Source: Leucoraja ocellata
Lineage: Eukaryota
Assembly (NCBI GenBank): GCA_036785375.1
Contig: JAWMAR010001182.1
Coordinates: forward strand, 248,001 to 312,000
DNA: 64,000 nucleotides
Direction of reading: 5' to 3'
Shown here: one piece after another, positions 12,353-25,571 of the stretch
Layout: every line of letters begins with the position of its first letter
How positions within the stretch are numbered: position 1 is the first letter of the stretch
The notes under the pieces: generated by a model
Databases searched by the model: none
What the model was told of the DNA's origin: nothing
What the model saw: the letters and a program-made list of their open reading frames with translations, nothing else
Program-made: the position numbers and the translations under genes

Positions 12353-13260
12353 CTATTTGAACCGTTTGCGAATTAGATAGAAAGGATACTTAACCACTTC
12401 CTGCAGCTGCTCTCTAAACTTAGTCTGTGTCCCCCCGTAAATGCACGAGTTGGTGCAAGAACTTAGTATCTCCAGCATGTATCCGCTTTCTTGGAGAATA
12501 AACCTGGGGTCGTTGGAATTGGAACGGGTTGCATAACCGCTGCTTGTAATTTGCACAAAGAGGAAGTTTGCGACGTAGGTCAATCGCAACAGCATAAAAC
12601 TGCCCGAGATCGCCATGAGTAGAATGATCGACTTCCGCCGACTCTCCATTTCCGGGTCACTTTGTTTTCCACCGTTGGTCTGGGCCCGGAGCCTCTTGCG
12701 GGCTGCGCTGGCAGCTAGAATGTGTCTGACCGTCACAACATTGAGCAACAGAATTAGTAGGAACGGGAGGCATGGGTTCAAAACGCGGTGTAGACAATCG
12801 TACACTATCCATGCAATTGAAGTGTAGTATGAATCTTTTATGGTGCAGAACCAGGGTATATTATCAATTATGTAGACTGGCTCATATATAAAATAAAATG
12901 GGGCGTTCTTCAAACAGCCTAACGCGCAGACCGTTGCAATAACACCCGCCGCGATTTTCTCAGTGCAATATATTAGTTTCAGTTTCTGACAGCAAATGGC
13001 GATGAACCGATCGAACGTGAAAGCGACCGTCAACCAGACGGAAGCGTCTTTTGAAATCCAGCTGAGGACAATAAGGACCTTGCAGGTCGGAATGGTAGAC
13101 AGGACTGTGTTCGGGAAATAAATAGCCCGAAGCCGGCTTAAGATCACGGCGGTGATGATGACCAGGAAGTCCATCACCGCCATGGATACCAGGTAGCGAG
13201 TGATACATTTGGAGAGGCCGCATCTTCCTTTGGATAGAATCGCAATCGTCACCAAATTCG
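12353..13260 (-). CDS. GPR139-like GPCR gene 2, exon 2 (intact 7TM)
   Basis: Acceptor ttctgcAG|CG AAT TTG; 300-aa open frame with SKGRCGLSKCITRYL, FTFDRF, TM5 PCLPF and TM7 SSCTNSCIY. Confidence 0.93.
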
Positions 13261-13294
13261 CTGCAGAACAGAGGGAGAGACCGGGATATTAATA

Positions 13295-13755
13295 TAACAT
13301 ATAAACATATAACATATAACGTATAACATATAACAATTACAGCACGGAAACAGGCCATCTCGGCCCTTCTAGTCCGTGCCGAACACTTATTTTGCCCTAG
13401 TCCCATCTACCTGCACTCAGACCATAACCCTCCATTCCTTTCCCGTCCATATACCTATCCAATTTATTTGTAAATTATTAAATCGAAACTGCCTCCACCA
13501 CTTCCACTGGAAGCTCATTCCTCACAGCTACCACGCTCCGAGTAAAGAAGTTCCCCTCATGTTACCCCTAAACTTCTATCCCTTATTTCTCAAGTCATGT
13601 CCTCTTGTTTGAATCTCCCCTACTCTCAATGGGAAAAGCTTATCCACGTCAACTCTGTCTATCCTTCTCATCATGTTAAATACCTCTATCAAGTCCCCCT
13701 TAGCCTCCTGCGCTCCAGAGAATAAAGACCTAACTTGTTCAATCTTTCTCTGTAA
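13295..13755 (-). mobile_element. Second CR1-like LINE family 3' fragment with (CATATAA)n tail
   Basis: Same sequence as the insert at ~53958-54305; encodes ...WNELPVEVVEAG... Confidence 0.75.
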
Positions 13756-15221
13756 GCTAATTAATAATTAGCTTCGCCGCTAGAAAATGCAACGAATTCT
13801 AATATTGCTGTCAGATCCTGTCTATTCGACCATTCAATCGTGGCTGATCTATCTTTACTGCTCAAACTCATTCACCTGCCTTCTCCCCATAACCCTTGAC
13901 ACACTTACTATTCCGGATTGTGTCCACTTCCGTCTTAAATTCGCCCCATTGACTTGAGCTGCACACAAACGACATAAAATAATTCCAATTTCGCGCGTAT
14001 AATCAACTAATTCTCTTCATGCGTGTGATACGAGGCCCATTTTCGCATATCGTGTAAGAATAATTTACATCAGCAGACAGTCCATGGAATGTAACCAGTT
14101 TACATGGAAACACATAATGAAGATAGATTTATTTCTTGTAAGAAACTACCACCAGTGATGGGGTGTCGCGGATAAATCTGACAGAGCTTCATCGTAACGA
14201 CTCCTTCGATGAAGGGCGCGGCGGTGGCCCAAGAGGTCTCGCAAACATGAACGTTGGCAAATGTTTCAAGACATTTTCTATCTCATGTTTCGTCGTCCAG
14301 TATATATCAGAGCTACAACGTGGAAAGAGCCCGTTCATCCCACCAATCACGCCAACCACCCGTTTACAATAGTTCAATGTTATCATACTTTACAATTCCA
14401 GCCAGTTTCTGAGTGGAAAATTGCAGCTTCTCAACTTCCACTTTCAAACACGACATCCTTTGCCAGTAGAAGTTCCCAAGGGGGAGGGGTGGGTTAATAT
14501 CGTTACTAAAGCGAGTTAACAAACCACTACAAAACCATTTGGTATACGGATAGGATTCATGGCCGAAATAAAGATCATGACTCTCTGCATTAAGGCACCG
14601 ATTTCAGAGTTCAGTTCGTGTAATTACGTCGCTATGCATAAGATAGGTACTGGGCTCGTGACAATTAAGCGCCTGAAAATGTATTGATTACAATAAGAAC
14701 TACAATTCAAAAAAAGTTGTGATGACCAACAAGTCGGAGAGCTTGGTGAAATAGAGATCCAATCTGCTCTGGATAAGAAATGTATCAATACGATGCCGCA
14801 TTTATAGTTTACATTAGACAGTCACAATATCTGTGATAGTTATCATATTTTAATCAAAGTACAAAATGAAAGAAATACACTAGACAACAAAAAGTGCTGG
14901 AGTAACACAGCGGGTCGGGCAATAATCTTTGGTGAGTAAGGGAGAACGTATCGGCGACATTTTGGGTCGGGGCCCATCTTCAGACCTTCCTCCTGTCCTG
15001 CCACTTGCAAGAACGTCATCCCTTGCTCTCGAATACCGCCGCATCTGCTTCCACGCCGAAGCATTTCACTTCAGATTATCCAGAATGTCCTTTATTCAGT
15101 AAACGTAGCTCCCCATGCTGTCGCGGGTGGATCGCTCACCCATGTGTCCTCTGTGCCCTTGTTCTGCTTATCGCATCCCTAACCCCACCCCACGAAGCTT
15201 ACTGGGAGAAGTCTCTTAACG

Positions 15222-15672
15222 TAGAAACATATAAAATATGTGCAGGAGTAGGCCACTCGGCCCTTCGAGCCTGCACCGCCATTCAATATGATCATGGCTG
15301 ATCATCCAACTCAGTATCCTGTACCTGCCTTCTCTCCATACCCCCTGAAACCTTTAGCCACAAGGGCGACATCTAACTCCCTCTTAAGTATAGCCAATTA
15401 ACTCGCTTTAACAGAGAATTCCACAGATTCACCACTCTGTGTAAAAAAAGGTTTTTCTCATCTCGGTCCTAAAAGAGTCCCCCCTATCCTTCAACTGTGA
15501 CCCCTCGTTCTGGACTTCCCAGTATCGGGAACAATCTTCCTGCATCTAGCTTGTCTAACCCCGTTAGAATTTTGCAAGTTTCTATAAGATCCCCCTCAAC
15601 CTTCTAAATTCTAGCGACTACAAGCCGAGTCTATCCAGTCTTTCTTCATATGAAAGTGCTGACATCCCAGGT
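15222..15672 (-). mobile_element. CR1/HER1 LINE 3' fragment
   Basis: Family tail plus ORF2 C-terminus. Confidence 0.9.
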
Positions 15673-15996
15673 CTCATGGTCGATACAAGGGTTCAGATAC
15701 GTTGCCCATTCATTACCTCCACAGATGCTGCCGCCTAGCTAAATCACTCCGGTACTTTATGTTTTGCTGCAAGATTCCAGTATTTACAGCCCCTTGTGCC
15801 GCCAAAGAAAATATAGAGGATAAAAGTAATTTAAAAATAAACATTAGACGTAAAAACGTTTGAATGTGACGCGACGTTGAACGAGAAGTGCGTGCCTTGC
15901 ACCAAACTGCGTGCATCAGAGAATATTTTTAAATCAGCCTTCAGAAACTGGTCAAGTAATATATAATGAAGTTAACATCACGACCTAAAATAGTAA

Positions 15997-16302
15997 AGGG
16001 CCTGTCCCACTCAACGAGGTAATTCAAGAGCTCTTAAAAAAATCAAACACGTTGTAAGTACGTAGAATGTACGTAGCGGGTACGGCTGAGGTCGGGACGT
16101 CTCTTAGCAGCTCGTAACGCTAACGGCAGGTACTCGGGGAACGCGGTAAGTCGGGAAGACATGTGAAGATTTTTCAACATGTTGAAAAATGTCCACGAGA
16201 GCCCCGAATACCTACGAGCGGCTGTTACCATAATTCTCCGAGTTCGAATCAGGTGAATCTCGGGAGAACTCTTGAATTACCTTGTAGTGTGGAACAGGCC
16301 CT
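15997..16302. mobile_element. Harbinger-like MITE
   Basis: Imperfect TIRs agggcctgtcccact...gaggtaattcaagag / ctcttgaattacct...agtgtggaacaggccct; AT-rich flanks. Confidence 0.65.
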
Positions 16303-16447
16303 AAAAATCGAAGGAATACACTTCGTCGTCGAAACATTCTGTAGGTAGCTGAAAATAAATCATGAAAAAATATATTGAACAATCAAAATACTCAGCAACG
16401 AACGGTTATACGTTTTTGTCCGCGTTTAGTCTATTTTCACTCTTCAC

Positions 16448-16517
16448 CTGGAACGCCGAAAGCAGCAAGGGCAGAATAATAAATGGCGAAGACAGGTCCA
16501 TTCCCAGGCGCGTGCAT
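16448..16517 (-). CDS. GPR139-like GPCR gene 2, exon 1
   Basis: MHAPGNGPVFAIYYSALAAFGVP + G|GTGAAG phase-1 donor, in frame with exon 2; TATA-like AATATAA at ~16580. Confidence 0.88.
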
Positions 16518-16753
16518 AATCCGTTCGAACGACGTCCTACTAAAATGCCGGTTGTGAAATTAATACTGCAGTACATCTCCTTATATTAGATCACGCCATT
16601 GAATCTAAAAATAGCTCAAACCATTAACATTGTTAGTTGCATTTCTCGGAGAAAAACAAATTAGCTCACAAACTTACATGCTTCAATGAATTGTTTAAGA
16701 AAGAACTGCAGATGCTGGAAAATCGAAGGCAGACAAAAATGCTGGAGAATCTC

Positions 16754-17421
16754 ATAGAAACATAGAAACATAGAAAATAGGTGCAGGAGTAGGCATTCGG
16801 CCCTTCGAGCCTGCACCGCCATTCGATATGATCGTGGCTAATCATCCGACTCAGTATCCCATCCCTGCCATCTCTCCATACCCCCTGATCCCTTTAGCCA
16901 CAAGGGCCACATCTAACTCCCTCTTAAATATAGACAATGAACTGGCCTCAACTACCTTCTGTGGCAGATAATTCCACAGAATCACCACTCTCTGTGTAAA
17001 AAAAATGATTTTCTCATCTCGGTCCTAAAATACTTCCCTCTTATCCTTAAACTGTGACCCCTAGTTCTGGACTTCCCCAACATCGGGAATAATCATTCTG
17101 CATCTAGCCTCCAACCGTCCAACCCCTTAAGAATTTTGTAAGTTTCTATAAGATCCCCCCTCAATCTTCTGAATTCTAGCGTGTACAAGCCGAGTCTATC
17201 CAGCCTTTCTTCATATGGAAGTCCTGCCATCCCAGGAATCAGTCGGGTGAACCTTTTCTGTACTCTCTCTATGGCAAGAATATCTTTCCTCACATTAGGA
17301 GAACAAAACTGTGCGCAATACTCCAGATGTGGTCTCACCAAGACCCTGTACAACTGCAGTAGAACCTCCCTGCTCGTATACTCAAATCCGTTTGCTATGA
17401 ATGCTAACATACCATTTGCTT
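16754..17421 (-). mobile_element. CR1/HER1 LINE 3' fragment nested in a Penelope-derived element (16695-16753 / 17422-17610)
   Basis: [23 protein letters not shown].. ORF; the flanks are the two halves of the hairpin element. Confidence 0.88.
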
Positions 17422-18052
17422 CTATCTGGTGAGGCAGCATCCATGGAGCAAAGGAATATTCGACGTTTCGGGTCGAGACCCTTCTTCTGAAGAATAAACC
17501 TTTCTCCTGAAGAAGACCTTTCTGAAGAAGGGTCTCGACCAGGAACGTCGCCTATTCCTTCGCTCCACAGATGCTGCCTTACCCGGCGAGTTTCTCCAGC
17601 ATTCTTGCTTCAATGCATTGATCATTTGAAGGCACTTAAAACGAGCACTACTTCAGACCTCTACTTCAAACCAAACTGTATCCTGTACGCTGTACATCTC
17701 TTCTGATATTGCAACACCAGCCACAGCACCAGGCTGGATCTCTGCCTATATCACAGCCGTTACTAAAATTGTATGTCTAGAATAAGTCCACATTAATGAA
17801 GGATACGCTGTATTTGCCGAATGCACGATTCATGTCTCTCTGACTGCTGCAATACCAAACAGAAAATATTTGCATTACACTTGCTGAACATTCCGGTTAA
17901 AAGTGAATCGGTGGATTTTTTTTTTTTACACGGAGTGGTAGGGCTCTGGAACGCACATAGAAACAGGGGAACATAGAATGTATGCGCAGAAAGAAGCTAT
18001 TTGGCCCTTTGACCAGCACCGCCATTCATAGTGATCATGGCTGATCACAGTT

Positions 18053-18268
18053 AATAATATAATAATCTTATTTATATAGCACATTTTTAGTCAACATGCA
18101 TTGCCCCCAAAGTGCTTCACATAATTACATTACATTTACACACAGGCAAAGTGGGTGAAGTGTCTTGCCCCAAGGACACAACGACAGTATGCACTCCAAG
18201 CGGATTCGAACCGGCTACATTCCGGTCGCCAGCCGAACACTTAGCCCATTGCGCCATCTGTCGTCCCA
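18053..18268 (-). mobile_element. tRNA-derived CORE-type SINE
   Basis: Minus strand A box TGGCGCAATGG, B box GGTTCGAATCC, CORE-like gtgtccttggggcaagacactt, (ATT)n tail. Confidence 0.8.
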
Positions 18269-19571
18269 CAGTTGAGGGTAGCGCTGGGGCAGATACAATA
18301 GTGGCATTGAAGAGCCTTTTAGATAGGCACCTGAACATGCATGGATTTGGACACGTGCAGGCGGAAGTGCTTAGTTTAACCTGTCATCTCTTTCAGCAAT
18401 AGATCAGGAACAGACACTGGTAAAAGACACAAGGAAGGCCTGGATTATTTTCCTATGAGTCTGCTCCCAGTGAAACACCCACCATTCCTTTTTTCAATTC
18501 CACGACAACACCACGTGACATCTGCATTTAAATTACACCAAAGGTAGACAAAAATGCTGGAGAAACTCAGCGCGTGGGGCAGCATCTATGGAGCGAAGGA
18601 AATAGGCAACGTTTTGGGACGATACCGTTTTTCATTTAATTTCTTCCTTCAAATTATATAATTCCCCATTATGCAGCGCCCAGCCTGAGTTCATATTCCA
18701 GTGGTCCCTGTCAGTCATTACCCAATCATCGGTCATAGTACACATGTCCTTCAACCTTTACCTGACATCTTGTTGGTATGTCACAACGGTCCATCTTATT
18801 TTAAAGGAAGTCTCCACAATTTTTAACTAACGTCAGGACGCCGTGGTCAGTCAAATTTCACGTTGCACGATGAGTCGGCCAATCATATTACATTGGTCAC
18901 TTCGAATCCAAAGCCGTGCTGGATGCACGTTAATTCTTATTTGTGAATTGCCCCCAATGTGTAGAGAGTGGGTGCTAAAATGGCATACATAACTGGTGTG
19001 AACGGTTGAACGATGCCCGGCGTGGACTCCGTGGGTTCATTCGAGGGGCCTTTTGCCATGCTTCATCTTTCAAGCGAGGCCATACGGTGCAAGGAGGTGG
19101 TGCTAAAATGGGATTACAGAACTAGTGTCAACGGGTGAACAATGCTCGGCGTGGACTCCGTGGCTCTTTCGAGGGGTATTTTGCCATGTTGTATCTTTGT
19201 TTAATAATCGCGAGTTCATCTGGCATTATCATTTCAAATCACACACTGGTCCATTCAAGCAATTTCAATCGTATAAAGATCAATAGGGGAAAATACATGT
19301 TTCTCGTATCTGTGATGGCTGTTGCGATCAGGTGCTCAGCCAGGAAATAGAAAGATAATCAGGGAGATCTGTGTATATTTATGTATATTTGGAGATCACC
19401 AATTATTTTTGGGTGGAAGACAATGTTTCCCCTGTTCAGTGGTTAATAGGCACATCTGCATTATCCCGCCGTTCACTTCGCATGATATGAAGCTTGAAGT
19501 TAAATTATTTCCCATTACAAAATATCGCGTCTGATTACGTATTCCAGTGGTCCCGTCGCCTCCCCCCTATC

Positions 19572-19862
19572 ATAGAAACATAAACATATCAAATAGGTGC
19601 AGGAGTAGGCCATTCGGCCCTTCGAGTCTGCACCGCCATTCAATATGATCATGGCTGATCATCCGACTCAGTATCCTATACCTGCCTTCCCTCCATACCC
19701 CCTGATCCCCTTAGCCACAAAGGCCACATCTAACTCCCTCTTAAATATAGCCAATGAACTGGCCTCAACTACCTTCTGTGCAGAGAATTCCAGAGATTCA
19801 CCACTCTCTGTGTGAAAAATGTTTATTCTCATCTCGGTCCTAAAAGGTTTCCGCCTAATCCT
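19572..19862 (-). mobile_element. CR1/HER1 LINE 3' fragment
   Basis: Family tail and UTR. Confidence 0.9.
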
Positions 19863-20490
19863 TTATTTTTTATTAGAAGTTAATACAGCACAAAACAGTA
19901 CAGTGGAACTAATTTTAGGTTCCAACTATGTAATACCGTAATCTATTCTATGTACAACCTCTAGTTTTATGTTATGAGAAGGAAGTAAGCAAGACAAGAA
20001 AAAGAAAACAATAGAAAGAGGAAAAAGTGGAATCAGCAATCTTTACGGTACCGCTGCATCACATGAATCCAAAAAGTCGATGAAAGGAGACCAACTCCTT
20101 AAGAATTGGTCATATTAATCTATTAGTCGGAGTCTCATTTCTTCAATGCGTGCTATGTCCATCATATTCCTAATCCACATTTTAACAGTTGGTATGGTTG
20201 TATTTCTCCAAAATTTAAGTATCAATTTTTTTCCAATTATTAACACATAATTAAAAAAAACATTTTGGTCTTTATTTAAATTGGTATCTTCACCTATTAT
20301 TCCAAATATAATCCATTCCGTTTTGGGTTCTATTCTTGACTTGAAAAGCTTTGTAAATATATCAAATATATCACTCCAAAATTTATTCAACTTTGTACAT
20401 CCTACAAATGAATGTGTTATATTAGCGTTTTGAAACAAACATTTATCGCATCTGGGAGAGAAGTTTGGATAAAATGTATTCAACCTCGAA
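19863..20490 (-). mobile_element. L1/Tx1-clade LINE 3' fragment
   Basis: PRCDKC...THSFVGCTKLNKFW (ORF2 C-terminal zinc-knuckle region), AATAAA and A-rich tail. Confidence 0.8.
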
Positions 20491-22410
20491 TATATATGAA
20501 TGCACGAAGTATAAGTAGTAAAGTGGATGAGTTTGAGAATCAGTTAGAGATTGGTAGATATGACATCATTGGGATTACAGATACATGGCTGCAGGGGGAT
20601 CGGGACTGGGAACTGAATATTTAGGGTTAGACGTCCGATAGGAAGACAGGCAGGTGGGAAGAGGAGGTGGGGCAGCTCTGTGGCTGAGAGATTCAATTCA
20701 GTCCCTTGCGAGGGGTGACATAGGGACTGACGATGGAGATTCGCTGTGGATAGAATTGAGGAATTGTGAAGGTAATTGTATTGTATTGTATTGTATATCT
20801 TTATTGTCATTTTCCTGAGTACTCACATACCCAGAGGAAACAAAAAAACGTTGCTCAACCAGTGTCCATTCAGTGTGCAGTAAAAATAAATAGAAATAAA
20901 AATACATATATCATGAACAAATAAACACTCTACTCTCTATTAAACATCAACAGGCGTTCCGATCGGCAGCGGCACGACAGTGGCTCTGCTGCAGTGTGTC
21001 CAGGTTGATGGTTGGTGCGCGATACTTTGGCAGGGAGCAAAGTCCGTTTATCAGTCTTATAGCCTGCGGGAAGAAGCTGAGGAGCATCCTCAGTAAGAAG
21101 TCACTAATGGGAATTATATACAGGCCCCCAAACAGTAGCATGGATATATGGTGCAATTTGCAACAGGAGTTAAAATTGGCATGTAACAAACGTAATGCCA
21201 CTGTGGTTATGGGAGAATTCAAAATGCGGGTAGAATGAGAAATCAGGTTGGTTCTGGACTCCAAGAAAGGGAGTTTGTAGACTGCCTCCGAGATGGATTC
21301 ATGGAGCAGCTTTTACTGGAGCCTACCGGAGAGAAGGCAATTCTGTATTTAGTATTGTCTAATGATCCATATTTAATAAGGGAACTCACGGTAAAGGAAC
21401 CGCTAGGAGGTAGGGATCATAATAGGATACATTTTAATCTGCAATTTGAGAGGGAGACTATGGAGGCATGGGAGAAGAGCTGGCCAATGTAGACTGGAAA
21501 AGGCTCCTAGCAGGAATGACGATAGAACAGCAACAGCAGGATTTCTGGTCATAATCCAGAGTATGCAGGATAATTTCATTCCAAAGAGAAATAAATATTC
21601 TAAGGGGAGTAAGAGGCAACCGTGGCTGACAAGGGAAATTAGGGATGAGAATAAAAGTAAAAGAAACGGCGTAAACCAGGAAAGCAGACTATTATCTAAA
21701 TGGTGGCCGATTAGGAAAAGGGGAGATGCAGCGAGAACTGGGTGTCATGGTACACCAGTCATTGAAAGTAGGCATGCAGGTGCGGCAGGCAGTGAAGAAA
21801 GCGAATGGTATGTTAGCTTTCATAGCAAAAGGATTTGAGTATAGGAGCAGGGAGGTTATACTGCAGTTGTACAGGGTCTTGGTGAGACCACACCTGGAGT
21901 ATTGCGTACAGTTTAGGTCTCCAAATCTGAGGCAGGGACATTATTGCCATAGAGGGAGTGCAGAGGGAAGGTTCACCCTGTTTCCTGGGATGTCAGGACT
22001 GTCTTATGAAGAAAGACTGGATAGACTTGGTTTATACTTTCTAGAATTTAGGAGACTGAGATCTTATAGAAACTAGGGGATCTTATAGAAACTTACAAAA
22101 TTCTTAAGGGGTTGGACAGGCTAGATGCAGGAATATTGTTTAAAACCGAGATGAGAAAAACTTTTTTCACACAGAGAGCGGTGAATCTCTGGAACTCTCT
22201 GCCACAGAGGGTAGTTGAGGCCAGTTCATTGGCTATATTTAAGAGGGAGTTAGATGTGGCCCTTGTGGCTAAAGGGATCAGGGGGGTATGGAGAGAAGGC
22301 AGGTACGGGATACTGAGTTGGATGATCAGCCATGATCATATTGAATGGCGGCACAGGCTCGAAGGCCGAATGGCCTACTCCTGCACCTATTTTCCATGTT
22401 TCTATGTTTC
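20490..22410 (+). mobile_element. Composite CR1 LINE: degenerate endonuclease region (20490-21660) joined to a younger 3' part (21677-22410); Rex1-like insert at 20773-21090
   Basis: NARSI...DIIGITDTW, GIIYRPPN, VVMGEFK (APE motifs), then the RT C-terminus and tail. Confidence 0.85.
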
Positions 22411-22462
22411 TAACATTGCAAAGAGTAGCGGGAAGCCAGAGAATTGGGAAATTTTCAAAGGA

Positions 22463-22632
22463 CATAGAAACATAGAAACATAGAAATTAGGTGCAGGAGT
22501 AGGCCATTCGGCCCTTCGAGCCTGCACCGCCATTTAATATGATCATGGCTGATCATCCAACTCAGTATCCCGTACCTGCCTCTTCTCCATACCCTCTGAT
22601 CCCCTTGGCCACAAGGGCCGCATCTAACTCCC
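22463..22632 (-). mobile_element. CR1/HER1 LINE 3' tail fragment
   Basis: Family tail. Confidence 0.85.
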
Positions 22633-22789
22633 TACAACAGAAGGTAACAGAGAGAGCAATGCGGGGTGAAAAGATGAAGTACATGGGTAAGCTATCCCTC
22701 TGAGCCAAACCAGACATTGATAGAGAAGGCGAGGACAGATGGCCGTGTAGATTGGACCATCATTGCCTGTGGCACAAATAATCTACCAG

Positions 22790-25175
22790 ATGAGTCAAAG
22801 CTGAGTGGCAGCGGGAACTGTGAGGAGGATGCTATGAGAATGCAGGATGACTTGGACAGGTCGGGTGAGTGGGAAGATGCATGGCAGATGCAGTTTGATG
22901 TGGATACATGTGAGGTTATCCACTTTTGTAGCAAAAACAGGAAGGCAGATTACTATGTAAATGACGTCAAGTTAGGAAAAAGGGAAGTACAACGGGATCC
23001 GGGGGTCCTTGTTCATCGGTTAATGAAAGTAAGCATGCAGGTACAGCAGGCAGTGAAGAAAGCGAATGGCAGGTTGGTGTATTGTGCGCAGATTTGGTCC
23101 CCTAATTTGAGTAAGGACATTCTTGCTATTGAGGGAGTGCAGCGTAGGGTTACAAGGTTAATTCCTGGGATGGCGGGACTGTCATATGCTGAGAGAATGG
23201 AGCGGCTGGTCTTGTATGCTCTGGAGTTTAGGAGGATGAGAGGATATCTTATTGAAACATATACGATTATTCAGAGTTTGGACACGCTAGAGGCAGGACA
23301 CATATTCCCGATGTTAGGGGAGTCCAGAACCACGGGCCACAGTTTAAGAATAAGGGGTATGAACTTTAGAACGGAGACGAAGAAACACTTTTTCTCACGG
23401 AGAGTTGTGAGTCTGTGGAATTTTCTGCCTCAGTGGTCAGTGGTGGCTGGATCTCTGGATATTTTCAAGAGAGAGCTAGAAAGGACTCTTAAAGATAGCG
23501 GAGTCAGGGGATATTGGAAGAAGGCAGGAAAGTGGTACTGTGTGGGGATGATCAGCCGTGATCGCATTGAATGGTGGTGCTGGTTGGAAGGGCCGAATGG
23601 CCTACTCCTGCACCTATTGTCTATTGTCTACTAGAGGACATATTATCTATGGAGAGAGAGGAACAAAGAGAAATTTGCATTAGGGGAGAAATAGTATTGG
23701 GTTGACTATTGGGAATGAAGGCTGATAAATCCCCAGGGCCTGATGGTCTGCATCCCAGGGTACTCAAGTAGGTGGCTCAAAAAATCGTGGACGCATTGAT
23801 GATCATTTCCCAATGTTCCATGGATTGAGGATCAATTGTTGTGGATTGGAGAGTTGCTAATGTTATCCCACTTTTCAAGATAGGAGAGAACACGGGGAAT
23901 TACAGACCAGTTAGCCTGACATCGGTGGTGGGGAAGCTGCTATAGGCAATTATTATAGAAGTAATAACGGCGCATTTGGATAGCAGTACAAGGATTAGTC
24001 CAAGTCAACATGGATTTATGAAAGGGAAATCCTGCTTGGCTAATCTTCTGGAATTTTTGAGGATGTGACAAGTAAAATGGATGAAGGAGAGCGAGTGGAT
24101 GTAGTGTGTCTGGTCTTTCAGAAAGCCTTTGATAAGGTCCCACAAAGGAGATTAGTGGGCAAAATTAGAATACGTAGTATTGGGGTAGGGTATTGACATG
24201 GATATAAAATTGGACTGCAGCAAGGCGCGGTGCTGGGGCCGCAACTATTGCAATATATATATATGAATGATTTAGATGATGGGATTAAAGGTAACACTAG
24301 CAAATTTGCAGGTGACGAAAAGCTGGGTGGCAGTGTGAACTGCAAAGAGGATGCTAGGAGGTTGCAGGGTGGCTTGGACAGGTTGAGTATGTGGGCAGGT
24401 GCAGCCTAATGTGAGGTTATCTACTTTGGCGGCAAGAACAAGGAGGCATATTATTATCTCAATGGTGTCAGATGGTGCCAGATTAGGAAAAAGAGAAGTG
24501 CAACGAGACCTGGATGTCCTTGTACATCAGTCACTCAAAGTAAACATGCTGGTGGACCAAGCAGTGCAGAAAACTAATGGCATGTTGGCCTTCCTTACGA
24601 GTGGAGTTTAGTACATGAGTAAATAGGTCACATCTGGGGTATTGTGTGTAGTTTTGATCTAATAATTCGAGGAAGGACATCCGTGCTATTGAGGCAGTGC
24701 AGCGTAGGTTCATGAGGTTAATTCCCGAGATGGCGGGACTGTCACAAGATGTAAGATCGAAAAGACTGGGCTTGTATTCACTGGAATGTAGAAGGACGAG
24801 AGGGGGTCTTATAGGGGCGTCTACAATTTCAAGAGGACTGGACAAGCTAGATGCAGGAAAACTGGTTCCAATATTGGGGGAGTTCGGAACCAGGGGCCAC
24901 AGTCTAAGAATAAAGGGGCGCCCATTTAAAACTGAGATGAGAAACATCTTTTTCACCCAGATTGTTGTGTATTTGTGGAATTTTCTGCCAAAGAGGAGGC
25001 CAATTCGCTGGATAAATTTATAAGAGCGTTAGATGGAGCTCTAGGGGCCAGCGGAATCAAGGGATATGGGGAGAAGGCAGGAACGGGGTACCGAATGTGG
25101 ATGATCAGCCATGATCACAATGAATGGCAGTGCTGGCTCGCAGGGCCAAATGGCCTCCTCCTGCACATATTTTCT
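22790..25175 (+). mobile_element. Two adjacent degenerate CR1 LINE RT fragments
   Basis: DESKLSG...MQFDVDTCEVIHF...; KSPGPDGLHPRVL, QHGFMKGKSCL, FQKAFDKVP motifs. Confidence 0.9.
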
Positions 25176-25333
25176 NNNNNNNNNNNNNNNNNNNNNNNNN
25201 NNNNNNNNNNNNNNNNNNNNNNNNNNNNNNNNNNNNNNNNNNNNNNNNNNNNNNNNNNNNNNNNNNNNNNNNNNNNNNNNNNNNNNNNNNNNNNNNNNNN
25301 NNNNNNNNNNNNNNNNNNNNNNNNNNNNNNNNN
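25176..25333. other. Assembly gap (158 N)
   Basis: Run of N. Confidence 1.
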
Positions 25334-25571
25334 ACTGGTACATGCGCTCACGCACACACGCACCCAGCCACACAAACCCAGACACACAAACGCGCACATA
25401 CGCACACACACACGTGGGCAGTTCTGTTAGGGAGTGCGTGGAGGTTTTGGAACGGTTACAGATGAGTCCATAAGGTCTTGAGGTCATACGTACAAGGGGC
25501 ATAATTCGTCCCATTCGGCAGAATTATACCATTCCGCCCACCAAGTCTGCTCCGCCATTCAATCATGGCAT

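Noticed and set aside
18190-18268. tRNA gene
   Set aside because: A and B boxes are present but continue into a CORE domain and LINE-like tail, with a second copy at 26.8 kb; this is a SINE.
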